Notes under the pieces: model-generated
Database searches by the model: none
Seen by the model: the letters and a program-made list of their open reading frames with translations, nothing else
Told to the model about the DNA's origin: nothing
Shown here: positions 8,378 to 17,223 of the stretch, one piece after another
Layout: each line of letters begins with the position of its first letter
Position numbering within the stretch: the stretch's first letter is position 1
Origin: an uncultured Methanosarcinales archaeon
GTDB lineage: Archaea > Nanobdellota > Nanobdellia > Woesearchaeales > CAZPJY01
Assembly: GCA_964587045.1 (NCBI GenBank)
Contig: CAZPJY010000009.1
Location: forward strand, 1 to 53,191
Direction: 5' to 3'
DNA: 53,191 nt
Made by a program: the position numbers and the translations under genes

Positions 8378-9621
8378 GGGCGCCGTTGCTCCCGGTCTTG
8401 CTCCTCCTGCTGGCGCCAGCCGCCCTGGCTGAACACGTGGTCCTCGAGCCGGCGGTGGCGGCGACCATCTCCAGCGGCGAGCCCGGCAGCCTCCTGTACG
8501 GCTCAGTGCTCTGCGAGGGCAACGTGACATGCATGGTGGTCGCCCAGTTCGCCTACGGCCAGAGCCTCAAAGAGCCAGTGCTCGCGGTGGAAGCCGACGC
8601 GAACGTACGCGTATACCCGCTGAAGGGCGTGCCTGCGCGCCTGGACTGGAGCACTACCTACCCCCTAATAGACTTCTCGAGGAGCGTCGAGGTGCAAGGC
8701 GGCACGGCCGACCTGTCAGGCCTCTTCGCACCTTCGCAGCTGATCGGCATAGCTCTCGCGCTCGAGGGGGAAGGGACAGCTGAGGCGACGGGCATCACGC
8801 TTTCTGCTGACGCCGAGTCCGAAAGCTGCGAGGTCTCGGGAGCGGCGTGGTCCAGCGACTCCATAGAGCTGGGAGATTACGTATCGCTGCACGCCCGGGT
8901 CAGGGGCTGCGAGGGCTCAACAGCTGCAATAGAGGTCTACCAAGACAACATGCTGCTCGACTACTTCATCAACCGCTTCGACGTTCCGGTAGAGGACGGC
9001 GGGGTTTCGCTGCTGCTGGACACTGGGAGGGAGCGCTTCATAGCAGGAAGCTCCAGGCTCTACTTCACAGTGACCGCCGGCGACGTCAAGACCAGGTCCG
9101 GAACCATAGAGGTCAGGTCGTTGGGGTACCAAGACGTGATAAGGTCCATCGAGAGCGACTCGCCTTACGCGAGCCACAAGAAGGTGATGACCCTCGCCAG
9201 GCGCAACCCGAACATGGCATCGAGCCTGTGCGACTCCTTCTCCGAAGCCTACCAGCAGGACCTGTGCCAGTCCGAGGTGGCGCGCATATCCAGGAACAGG
9301 AAGTTCTGCGGGCTCATCGGGAGCGACGGCCGGAAGGACCTTTGCTACGCAGAGCGCATGATGAGCGACGGCGACTCGTACTCCTGCACCTTCATCGGGG
9401 ACGCATCCCTATCGAACGCCTGCTTTGCCATGGGGCTCATCCAGATGGTGATGAACTACGCCCACGGCGCTGAGACGGTCAAGGAACTGAACATCACCCA
9501 GGAGCTGTTCGGGGCAGAGCCTCCCAAGAGCCGCGACTCGCTGGCGCTCGCCATATTCGCGGTGCTTGCCATCGGGGCAATCGTGCTCATCCGCTGGATG
9601 TGGGTGGCTAGGAGAGGGTGA
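8374..9621 (+). CDS. Secreted surface protein with Cys-pair repeats and C-terminal TM anchor
   Basis: ATGA overlap with the upstream stop. Signal peptide MRAPLLPVLLLLLAPAALA, Cys repeats similar to those in 6829..7917, C-terminal TM + RR. Confidence 0.75.
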   Translation: MRAPLLPVLLLLLAPAALAEHVVLEPAVAATISSGEPGSLLYGSVLCEGNVTCMVVAQFAYGQSLKEPVLAVEADANVRVYPLKGVPARLDWSTTYPLIDFSRSVEVQGGTADLSGLFAPSQLIGIALALEGEGTAEATGITLSADAESESCEVSGAAWSSDSIELGDYVSLHARVRGCEGSTAAIEVYQDNMLLDYFINRFDVPVEDGGVSLLLDTGRERFIAGSSRLYFTVTAGDVKTRSGTIEVRSLGYQDVIRSIESDSPYASHKKVMTLARRNPNMASSLCDSFSEAYQQDLCQSEVARISRNRKFCGLIGSDGRKDLCYAERMMSDGDSYSCTFIGDASLSNACFAMGLIQMVMNYAHGAETVKELNITQELFGAEPPKSRDSLALAIFAVLAIGAIVLIRWMWVARRG

Positions 9622-12600
9622 TGCCCATCTGCGGCGAGTAGTACCCGATCAGAGAAATCTCCCGCAGGTCCTCCTGCTTCTCGGGCGTCGGCAGCCTAAC
9701 CAGACCGAAAACCGCCTCGTGGTCTTCCAGGCCCATCAGCCTGGCCCTGCTGACGTACCAGTACCCCGTATCGTTGTTGAGCGTAAGCCCCCCGCTCTGC
9801 CAGAACTCCATGGGAAGGCTCGGTATGTTGATGCACTCCTCGCCGCCGAACGGGTTCAGCGGCTCCCTGTCGTAGCACTGCGGGTCGGCCCACAGCGAGA
9901 TGGGCTCGTCCCTCCAAAGCGTCCCCTCGACTGTGTAGAAGCCAGGGCGCAGGTCGAAGGTCTGCACTGTCGGGATGAGCGGGTTGGTGTTGTCGATTAT
10001 TATGGTCTGCGAGTCGAAGTACTCGAACCGGTCCTCGGGGACCCTGGTGATGGTCAGGAAGAGCTGGTTGTGATCGTCGAGCGGGACGCTCGCGTTCGCC
10101 AGGGCGTAACCGGTTATCACGCGCAGGCCTGAGATGTACTGCTGCAGCCTGCTGACCTGGTACTTGACCGCAGTCACGTTTACAGCGGTCTTGGGCTCGA
10201 GGTAGACGTCTCCTAAGTTGAGGTCCCTTCCGGGCTCAGTGTCGACGGCGACGACCTTCCTGAAGTAGCCGTCCCTGCTAAGGACCAGGTAGCCGCCCAC
10301 GCAGACAGGCAGGGTGGAGTTGAACACGTTGCTCTGGTTCACGGTCGCGCCGCCCGGGCAGATCGCGTAGGCTCCGCACCCGAACACCACATTGACTTCC
10401 GGCAGCGGCTCCCAAGTCATGCGGTCGTAGGTCTTGAACACCACATCGCCGCTTATCCTCTGGTCGCACATCAGCACGACCTCCTCTTCTGAGTCGATGG
10501 TCTGCACCTCAGGCGGCAGGAGCTCGTCGAAGTCTATCCCGGTGGTCTCGTCAAGCACCTCAGGCGGCAGCTGGGAGATGACTGAGTTGGAGAGTCCGGC
10601 CTCTACCGCGTACTCCCCTCTTATGACCGGGATGTTGAGGTCTGAGGGGCCCAGGGTGCCGTTGCCCTGGTTCCACTGCAGCAGGTTCTTGTTGTTCCTG
10701 ATGTTTGCCTCGAGCGCGAAGAAGAAGGAGTACCCCTCGCCGTCGAAGGCCTCGGTGTCCCGGATCTCCACGACGACTGGCAGGGAGATGTCGTAGAAGA
10801 ACTTGTACGAGTTGATGGTCTGCCTGGACAGCTGGTAGTCGCCCTTGTGGACGTCGCCCTTGAGCAGCTGGCCGTCCCTGGGCGTGATGTCGAAGTGGAT
10901 GGGCCAGTCCAGGTACCAGAACCTGACCAGCTGCCTCGGGTACGCTGGCCTGATGTCCCAGTTCAGAGAGTTGAAGAAGGCCTGAAGCACCGGGAGCTCG
11001 TCCGGGATGGTGTAGTCGGCGCTGTTGCCGGTCCCGTTTATCCTGATGAGGGGGACGTACCTCATGAATATGCTCCGAAGCGTCCGCTCCACCATGTTCA
11101 CGTTCCACATCACCTGGCTGTTGCGGTCGTCGACCACCAGGTAGGGCGGCGGCAGGTCGTTCGGGGTCGTTCCCGCGTAGTTGGATATGAGGTTGGCCGT
11201 CACGAACTCGAGGGCCTGGTAGTTCGCCTCCACATGCGTTATGTTCCTGGCCAGCAGGTAGATGTCGTTGAAGCCGAACGGGACCTCCTGGATGAAGTCG
11301 CTGACCTCGGTCGAGGATGTCTCCCTCTGCAGCAGCAGCGGGTAGTTCACCTTCACCGTGACGCTGGAAGCGCCTACCGTGACCTCGGTGGTTATGTTGC
11401 CCTCAGGTATCACGTCGTACCTGCCCTGCTCCTCGAGGGCGCTGAAGCCGTCGAGGCACACCTCCAGGTTGGTGCTCACGTAGCTTGCGACCTCCTCTTC
11501 GACCCGCTCAAGCGTCGGCATGTTGGATGCCATCACGCAATCGGTGCAGGTCGACGGGGACTCAAGATACCACCAGTACGGAACGAAGGAGCCCAGCAGG
11601 GAGATCCCGTCTGACTCTGTGGGGTAGTCATCCTCCTCGTAGAAGTTGAGGGAGGTGTAGCCGCCCTGCATCCCAGCCTCCTCAAAGCCGTCCTGGACGA
11701 CGCTCCTCATGCATCCCCTGACGAAGTTGTCAAGGGGCTGCAGCTCCAGCGGAACCTCCTCTGTGATGGGCTCAGTGACCACGGTCTCGTCGAGCTGCGT
11801 GGTCCTAAACACTATGAACAGGGCTGTCGCGATCACTATGAGCAAGCCCAGTATTATGAAAACCGAGAGCTGGCCCTTCCTCCCCTTCCCTTTAGGCTCA
11901 ACGTAAAGGCACTGCTTGAACACCGCGTGGGCGGCGAGCAGAAGCGCCAGCCCGGTCACGAGGGCGACCGGCGCGGACACCGAGCCGAGCAGCGCGACTA
12001 CCACCGCGACTAGGAGCAATGCGGCGATTCCGGCAAGCACCGCCTGCAGCAGCCTCTTGGCCTTGAAGCGGAACGCTGAGCCGAGCTCCTTCCAGAAGCT
12101 CTTTTTGCCAGTGAACGCTGGGTAAACCAGGATGGACGCCAGGATGAAGACGACGGTCACCACCAGCCATATTACCGCGATTGCTATCAGGCGGGAGCTC
12201 AAGAAGGCCAGCCACATCAGGAACAGGTAGGAGGAGAAGAACAGCGCGTTGAGGGCCAGCATGCGCAGGTACACCCCGAGGGTCATCTTCTGCCTCCTGA
12301 TCAGGCACCACCCCCACCCTTTGAGCAGGGTCCATGCGAGCAGGAAGACAGCGTAGGTGACGAGGAGGAGCGCTGCCAGCTTGAAGTATATGCCGATGAG
12401 CATGTCCCTTGCGAAGAACACCTCATCCTTGTACTCGGAGACAGGCACGTTCTCCTGCAAGGCCTGCTGGGTGTTCTGGATGATGCTGGTCACGTCCTGC
12501 ATGGGCTCTGCGATGCTCACGGCGAAGTAACCGCTGCCTGATATCAGGGCCAAGACTGACGCGTAGGCCAAGACGTCCAGCAGTATGACCAGCAGCAGGA

Positions 12601-12631
12601 CAGGTCTTAGGTGTTGCTTGAGCTTTCTCAT
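9608..12631 (-). CDS. 1007-aa protein: N-terminal polytopic membrane domain fused to a class III signal-bearing extracellular protein
   Basis: Continuous ORF with about 6 TM helices, then KGKGRKG|QLSVFIILGLLIVI at residue ~253 and a long soluble region. ATGA overlap with the upstream gene. Confidence 0.75.
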   Translation of the reverse strand: MRKLKQHLRPVLLLVILLDVLAYASVLALISGSGYFAVSIAEPMQDVTSIIQNTQQALQENVPVSEYKDEVFFARDMLIGIYFKLAALLLVTYAVFLLAWTLLKGWGWCLIRRQKMTLGVYLRMLALNALFFSSYLFLMWLAFLSSRLIAIAVIWLVVTVVFILASILVYPAFTGKKSFWKELGSAFRFKAKRLLQAVLAGIAALLLVAVVVALLGSVSAPVALVTGLALLLAAHAVFKQCLYVEPKGKGRKGQLSVFIILGLLIVIATALFIVFRTTQLDETVVTEPITEEVPLELQPLDNFVRGCMRSVVQDGFEEAGMQGGYTSLNFYEEDDYPTESDGISLLGSFVPYWWYLESPSTCTDCVMASNMPTLERVEEEVASYVSTNLEVCLDGFSALEEQGRYDVIPEGNITTEVTVGASSVTVKVNYPLLLQRETSSTEVSDFIQEVPFGFNDIYLLARNITHVEANYQALEFVTANLISNYAGTTPNDLPPPYLVVDDRNSQVMWNVNMVERTLRSIFMRYVPLIRINGTGNSADYTIPDELPVLQAFFNSLNWDIRPAYPRQLVRFWYLDWPIHFDITPRDGQLLKGDVHKGDYQLSRQTINSYKFFYDISLPVVVEIRDTEAFDGEGYSFFFALEANIRNNKNLLQWNQGNGTLGPSDLNIPVIRGEYAVEAGLSNSVISQLPPEVLDETTGIDFDELLPPEVQTIDSEEEVVLMCDQRISGDVVFKTYDRMTWEPLPEVNVVFGCGAYAICPGGATVNQSNVFNSTLPVCVGGYLVLSRDGYFRKVVAVDTEPGRDLNLGDVYLEPKTAVNVTAVKYQVSRLQQYISGLRVITGYALANASVPLDDHNQLFLTITRVPEDRFEYFDSQTIIIDNTNPLIPTVQTFDLRPGFYTVEGTLWRDEPISLWADPQCYDREPLNPFGGEECINIPSLPMEFWQSGGLTLNNDTGYWYVSRARLMGLEDHEAVFGLVRLPTPEKQEDLREISLIGYYSPQMGITLS

Positions 12632-13134
12632 GTTTCCTTCTCCATTATTGGGAAGTTGGTGTACTCTCCGAGCGGGAAGCGGAAGGTCAGCCTGGTCCAG
12701 CCCGGCTGGCCCAAGAAGGCCTTGTAACCCCTGCCCGCCTTGGAGTGGGAGAACACATCGTTGGTCACGATGGGCATGCTCGTGCCGTTATCTGCGTCGA
12801 TCGTTATGTTGTACATGTACTCCTGCTCGTTGAGGGTGTGGACGTACCAGGCCACCTCGTACAGCACGGTGCCGTCGGGGTAGTCGGTCTTCTCGCCGCT
12901 CATGGTAAAGGTCAGCGTCGCCAGGAACTGGTTGCGCTGGCCGGACTCGTCGGTGATGGGCGAGAGGGTGCCTCCGTCCTTTACGCAGTACTCTATCTCC
13001 CACGGCTCGAGAGGGTACCACCCGCTTATGACCGGCTCGGCCCTCCACTGCCCGCCCATGAAATCCCAGAAGCTGTAGGCGGAGGCCGCAGGAATGATTA
13101 TGATGAAGAGCAAAGCGAGAACTGACTTATCCAC
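12628..13134 (-). CDS. Hypothetical secreted protein
   Basis: GTG start (VDKSVLALLFIIIIPAASA signal peptide) after GAGGGGG, overlapping the upstream stop at 13127. Confidence 0.7.
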   Translation of the reverse strand: MDKSVLALLFIIIIPAASAYSFWDFMGGQWRAEPVISGWYPLEPWEIEYCVKDGGTLSPITDESGQRNQFLATLTFTMSGEKTDYPDGTVLYEVAWYVHTLNEQEYMYNITIDADNGTSMPIVTNDVFSHSKAGRGYKAFLGQPGWTRLTFRFPLGEYTNFPIMEKET

Positions 13135-16100
13135 TGTAATCAACCCCCTCGCACTGGTCGTAGGACTCAAGCTGTCCCTCGTAGACCGAAAAGTCGTAGC
13201 CGTTGGTGAGTATGTCTTCGTTTTCCATGATCTGCAGGATGACCCCCCAGATGCCGCACAGGGGAGAGTACCACGAGAATATCCAGAAAAACTCACATGA
13301 GCCTGAGCTGGATGCTTCACAAACCTCCTGCCAGTTTTCATTGCTGCTACCGAAGATATATTGATCACCAGTTCCGCCACCGCACACGGCCTGGTAAGGT
13401 ATCGCAGCTATGCTCACGGGTAGTGATGCTATGATGAAATCCAGCAGGCCCTGGAAGATCACAGCGACCCCTTTGGGCCCCTTGCCCATGGCCCGCCAAG
13501 CTGCTCCGTCGACGTACAGGCAGGTCTGCTGGTCGTAGGCCTCGTCGCAGACTGTCGAGGGCAGCCCCATGGAAACAGCGTTCTGCAGGCACTTTACGTA
13601 GACGCATTCCACCTGGCGCTCCTTTCGGAGGTTGTACAAGCCCCCTGGCAGGCACAGGCACAGCGGCGGCACGTGTATGCTCTTGTACGGGTCCCAGTCG
13701 TAGACCAGCCCGTCGGACCAGCTGTCCACTTTGGTCTCAACAGGCGCAGACTGCCACTGCCCGCCTGTCAGGTCGCCAGCAGAGGCGGTGACCTGGGTGT
13801 CGTCAGAGGAGAACACGCTAGAGGTCACCTCCACGAAGTTCGATATGTGGCAGAGCCTGCAGCTGTAGATCATGCACAGCGTCTTGATCCACATGCCCAG
13901 CTTGCCCCAGTTGTTGAAGAAGCCCGGAGTCCAGACGTACTTGTTCACGAAACCGTGGCTCGCGTCGCCGCCATAGCACGCCGCCCTGCCCCACAGCGTC
14001 GTTACGAGGAAGTCTACTATCTTCGAGACGCCAGTCCATGAGACGAGCTCCAAAATGAGGCAGATGGCAGCGACCACCACCCAGATCGCTGTCTTAATCA
14101 TCTGCAGCATCGCGTTGGCCTTGACCAAGTAGTCGGCTGTCGTGCATATGAACTTGAGCACTCCGTTGATGTCATCCCACGTCTCTATGCTCTTGTCAAG
14201 GTCCCGAAGCTTGGCCTTGTGGTCGTTGATGTTCTTCCTGACCTTTACGTCGACTCCTCCCAGGGGCCAGTCGGTCAGCGGGATGGGGATGGAGATCTCC
14301 TCGACCTCTGAGCGCAGGTACACCCGAAAGCCTGAGCGCACCCTCATACTAAGCGTGCAGTTGACCACGAAGCTGTCCTGGGCGAGCACCTCATCGTCGT
14401 TCAGGAGGAGGCTCAAGGATAGTAAGGTGCTGCCCTCCTCACCCTCGCCCGGTGGGATGTGAAGGAGGTAAGGCCTGTCGTTTGGGTCCAGGTATGGGCT
14501 GATGGCGCTGCAGTCAGGCTCGTCGAACGCCATGATATCGGATCCGCTCTGCGGAGCGAACGAAAGTCTGATGAAGTGCTTGGAAGGCACTCCGTCGGTG
14601 TTCGAGGCCAAAGTCCGGTCGATGGAAGGGGGCATGACGCCGAGCACATCGAAGTCCACCACGTTGGGCACTGTGTTTGGGTCTGGCATGCACACATCCA
14701 CGTCAGGGCTGAAGTGGCCCACGTTGCCTGCGATGTCGTAGAGGGCGATGCCAAGCTTCTTGGTGCCTGCGATCGAGCGGATGGCGCCGATCTCGACATA
14801 GCATTCCCACACGCCGTCGCCGAGGTCCTCGCAGCTGCCTTCGAAAGGGTCGTACGACGTCGATATCTCGCTTGCGTCAGCGACGACGCGGTCCATGCCC
14901 GATGCGCGCTCTGTCACGTTGAACCTGACGCCCAAGGTCTCGCCCGAGACCACGCAGGAGGTCGAAAGGGAAAGTTCGCCAGGCAAAAAAGCAGGGGCCA
15001 CTGAGTCGAAGACGTGCACGTCCGTATATCCCTGAACCAGGTTGCCGACGTCATCAGAAGAGGGGTATACCACGGTTACAGGTATGGTGGTGCCGCTGGT
15101 CAGGCTTGCGGTGACGTTCGCCAGCCCGACGCAGGTCCACATCCCGTCCCCCTCCTCGCAGACAGGCATCCGCATGGGCTGGACGTACGCGCTGTTGAGC
15201 CTCGAGAGGTCCAAGAACACCTTCCTGTCCTCGAACCCGACGCCGGAGTCGTCGATGTCCGCGTAGAACGTGTTCGCTCCCGGCTTGATGAAGCTCCTCC
15301 CGTCCCCGTCGGTCTTCCTGGTCCCGACGTACAGCACGGTCGGCACCGAGTTGTCCACCTCGAACGTGAGCGGGCAGGTGACCTGAGACTGGTACCCGCC
15401 GGAGTCGACGACAGTCACGTCGTAGTCGGCCTCGCCGTCCAGCAGGTCCAGGGTGATGTCAGTGAACCTGCACTCCAGGCCGCCAGTGATGTTGATGCAG
15501 GTGATGTGGTCTGTGTTGGCCCCGGACCAGGTTATGTCCCTGTAGTTGACGTTTATGTGCGCGTTGTAGTTGAGCCTTGATAGGTCGCCCGAAACCCTCG
15601 CGACCTTGCCTTCCGAAACAGTGAACCTGACCTCGGCATGGTCGATGAAGCTGAGCGGGCCGGTGGTTGAGACGTATTCTATCGGCCTGTTGTTGAGGTA
15701 GGCGATGTCGCACGTGACCCCTGGGGCCTCGCGGTCGATGTAGAAGGGTATGCAGCTCTGCGACGCGTGGGTCGAAAGCGGCATGCCTGAGGTGATCTGG
15801 TCGTACGCGACCAGGCATAGCTCGACGTCGTCGACGCTCCCCTGCGGTACGGGGTTTTCGACGGTGATCCTGCCTGAGTAGGTGCAGTTTGGGGCGTACG
15901 AGCCTATGTCGACGCCCGCGAGGGGGGTTAGCGTGCCCCGCTCCCTGACCTCCACCCTGCGCAGGCCTGAGCAGACCGAGCCGTCATCGTCGTGGGAGTG
16001 GTCGACGACCGCGTAGGTGAAGTTGAGGAGCTCAGCAGACATGGGCCCGCCCTCGTAGCCGAAGTCCTCGATCTCAGGGGCCATGTCGTCGACGTTGATC

Positions 16101-16456
16101 GAGACGCCCAGGTGCTCCACAGGGTTTCCGTTGACGTCGATGATTGAGAAGTCGTACGCTTCCTGCCCCATGGGCAGAACGCTCTGCTCGAAGAAAAGGC
16201 AGCTGTACGTCAGAGGGACAGACCCGGCCACCTCGGTGCATACCGGGTTCTTGGTCTGGTCCTCGGCGTTTATCACCCTCTCCGAGCTGGTGTTGAACTC
16301 GATGCTGGTGAAGTCGTCCCGGCCCCTGTAGCCCTCGATGTCGTCCATGCCGTGGACCTTGACGAGGTTCATCTCCGCATAGACTGTTGCTGAGAAGAAC
16401 GGGATGGTCAGGATTAGCCATATCATGAACAACGCAGCTGATACTATCCCCCTCAT
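13127..16456 (-). CDS. Large secreted protein (1109 aa) with tandem beta-sandwich domains and a Cys-rich, membrane-associated C-terminal region
   Basis: Signal peptide; repeated D..AP / D..GN Ig-like junction motifs; coiled-coil followed by hydrophobic segments and many Cys (e.g. CLCLPG...CVYVKC...CLY). Confidence 0.8.
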   Translation of the reverse strand: MRGIVSAALFMIWLILTIPFFSATVYAEMNLVKVHGMDDIEGYRGRDDFTSIEFNTSSERVINAEDQTKNPVCTEVAGSVPLTYSCLFFEQSVLPMGQEAYDFSIIDVNGNPVEHLGVSINVDDMAPEIEDFGYEGGPMSAELLNFTYAVVDHSHDDDGSVCSGLRRVEVRERGTLTPLAGVDIGSYAPNCTYSGRITVENPVPQGSVDDVELCLVAYDQITSGMPLSTHASQSCIPFYIDREAPGVTCDIAYLNNRPIEYVSTTGPLSFIDHAEVRFTVSEGKVARVSGDLSRLNYNAHINVNYRDITWSGANTDHITCINITGGLECRFTDITLDLLDGEADYDVTVVDSGGYQSQVTCPLTFEVDNSVPTVLYVGTRKTDGDGRSFIKPGANTFYADIDDSGVGFEDRKVFLDLSRLNSAYVQPMRMPVCEEGDGMWTCVGLANVTASLTSGTTIPVTVVYPSSDDVGNLVQGYTDVHVFDSVAPAFLPGELSLSTSCVVSGETLGVRFNVTERASGMDRVVADASEISTSYDPFEGSCEDLGDGVWECYVEIGAIRSIAGTKKLGIALYDIAGNVGHFSPDVDVCMPDPNTVPNVVDFDVLGVMPPSIDRTLASNTDGVPSKHFIRLSFAPQSGSDIMAFDEPDCSAISPYLDPNDRPYLLHIPPGEGEEGSTLLSLSLLLNDDEVLAQDSFVVNCTLSMRVRSGFRVYLRSEVEEISIPIPLTDWPLGGVDVKVRKNINDHKAKLRDLDKSIETWDDINGVLKFICTTADYLVKANAMLQMIKTAIWVVVAAICLILELVSWTGVSKIVDFLVTTLWGRAACYGGDASHGFVNKYVWTPGFFNNWGKLGMWIKTLCMIYSCRLCHISNFVEVTSSVFSSDDTQVTASAGDLTGGQWQSAPVETKVDSWSDGLVYDWDPYKSIHVPPLCLCLPGGLYNLRKERQVECVYVKCLQNAVSMGLPSTVCDEAYDQQTCLYVDGAAWRAMGKGPKGVAVIFQGLLDFIIASLPVSIAAIPYQAVCGGGTGDQYIFGSSNENWQEVCEASSSGSCEFFWIFSWYSPLCGIWGVILQIMENEDILTNGYDFSVYEGQLESYDQCEGVDYSG

Positions 16457-16491
16457 ACCGAGAGAAAGTGGCCTTGCTCCTATATAAACCT

Positions 16492-17079
16492 TTATGCTCT
16501 TGAGAGCAGCCTCTCGACCTTGTAGCGAGGCAGGTACTGGAACCTCAGGATGTCGTCGAGCCGGTTGATGCCCTTCTCGTTCAGGATGCCGAGCAGGTTG
16601 ACCAGCACCTGCGATGTTGCCTTTGCGTCAGCGAGGGCGCGGTGTGCGCTAACGTTTGAGATCTCGAAGTGGCTGCACAGGGATGAAAGTCTAAAGGAGG
16701 GCAGGTCCAGCAGTCTGTTCCCGAGGCGGCGCGTGCACAGCGAGTCGTGCTCAAACGGCCTGTTCAGGTGGAGCTGCGCGTTGTGGCTGATGAAGCCGTA
16801 GTCGAACGCCGCGTTGTGCGCCACGAAGACCCCCCGGCCCATGAAGCGCAGGAGCTTGGGCAAAGCCCTGTCGATGGTCGGCGCGTCCCTTACCATGCGG
16901 TCGTTGATGCCCGTGAGCCTGGTGATGAAGGAGGGTATGTGCTCCTGAGGATTCACGAGCGTCTGGAACTCCCGCCTGACCTCTCCGTCCCTGAGCCTGA
17001 TCGCGGCCAGCTCGGTTATGCTGTTCCTCCTGGCTGAAAGCCCTGTGGTCTCTATGTCCACTACCACGAAATCGCGCAT
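16492..17079 (-). CDS. Stand-alone DEDDh 3'-5' exonuclease (DnaQ/PolC-exo-like)
   Basis: VVDIETTG, AHNAAFD, HRALADA motifs. Start placed at MRDFVVVD. Confidence 0.9.
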   Translation of the reverse strand: MRDFVVVDIETTGLSARRNSITELAAIRLRDGEVRREFQTLVNPQEHIPSFITRLTGINDRMVRDAPTIDRALPKLLRFMGRGVFVAHNAAFDYGFISHNAQLHLNRPFEHDSLCTRRLGNRLLDLPSFRLSSLCSHFEISNVSAHRALADAKATSQVLVNLLGILNEKGINRLDDILRFQYLPRYKVERLLSRA

Positions 17080-17117
17080 CCATTTACCAAAAGGCAACAC
17101 CTTAATATGTCTTTTTA

Positions 17118-17187
17118 TTACAACTATATGACACTATTTTATGCAGTAAATAAGTCATTTTTTACAACTCTATGTAATATTTACAAG
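17118..17187. promoter_or_regulatory. AT-rich divergent promoter with repeated candidate operator
   Basis: TTACAACTATATG (17118-17130) and TTACAACTCTATG (17162-17174), plus inverted repeat TGTAA-TAT-TTACA (17173-17185). Confidence 0.4.
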
Positions 17188-17223
17188 GAAATAGGGCAGA
17201 AAACCCTGAGATCAAGGGAGAAG

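Noticed and set aside
10504..10570. Exact 16-bp direct repeat GCACCTCAGGCGGCAG, 51 bp apart
   Set aside because: Only two in-frame copies encoding LPPEV inside a CDS; not a CRISPR array or att site.
17107..17223. N-terminal extension of rSAM-1 given in the ORF track
   Set aside because: AT-rich promoter-like sequence; the SD-supported start is 17224.
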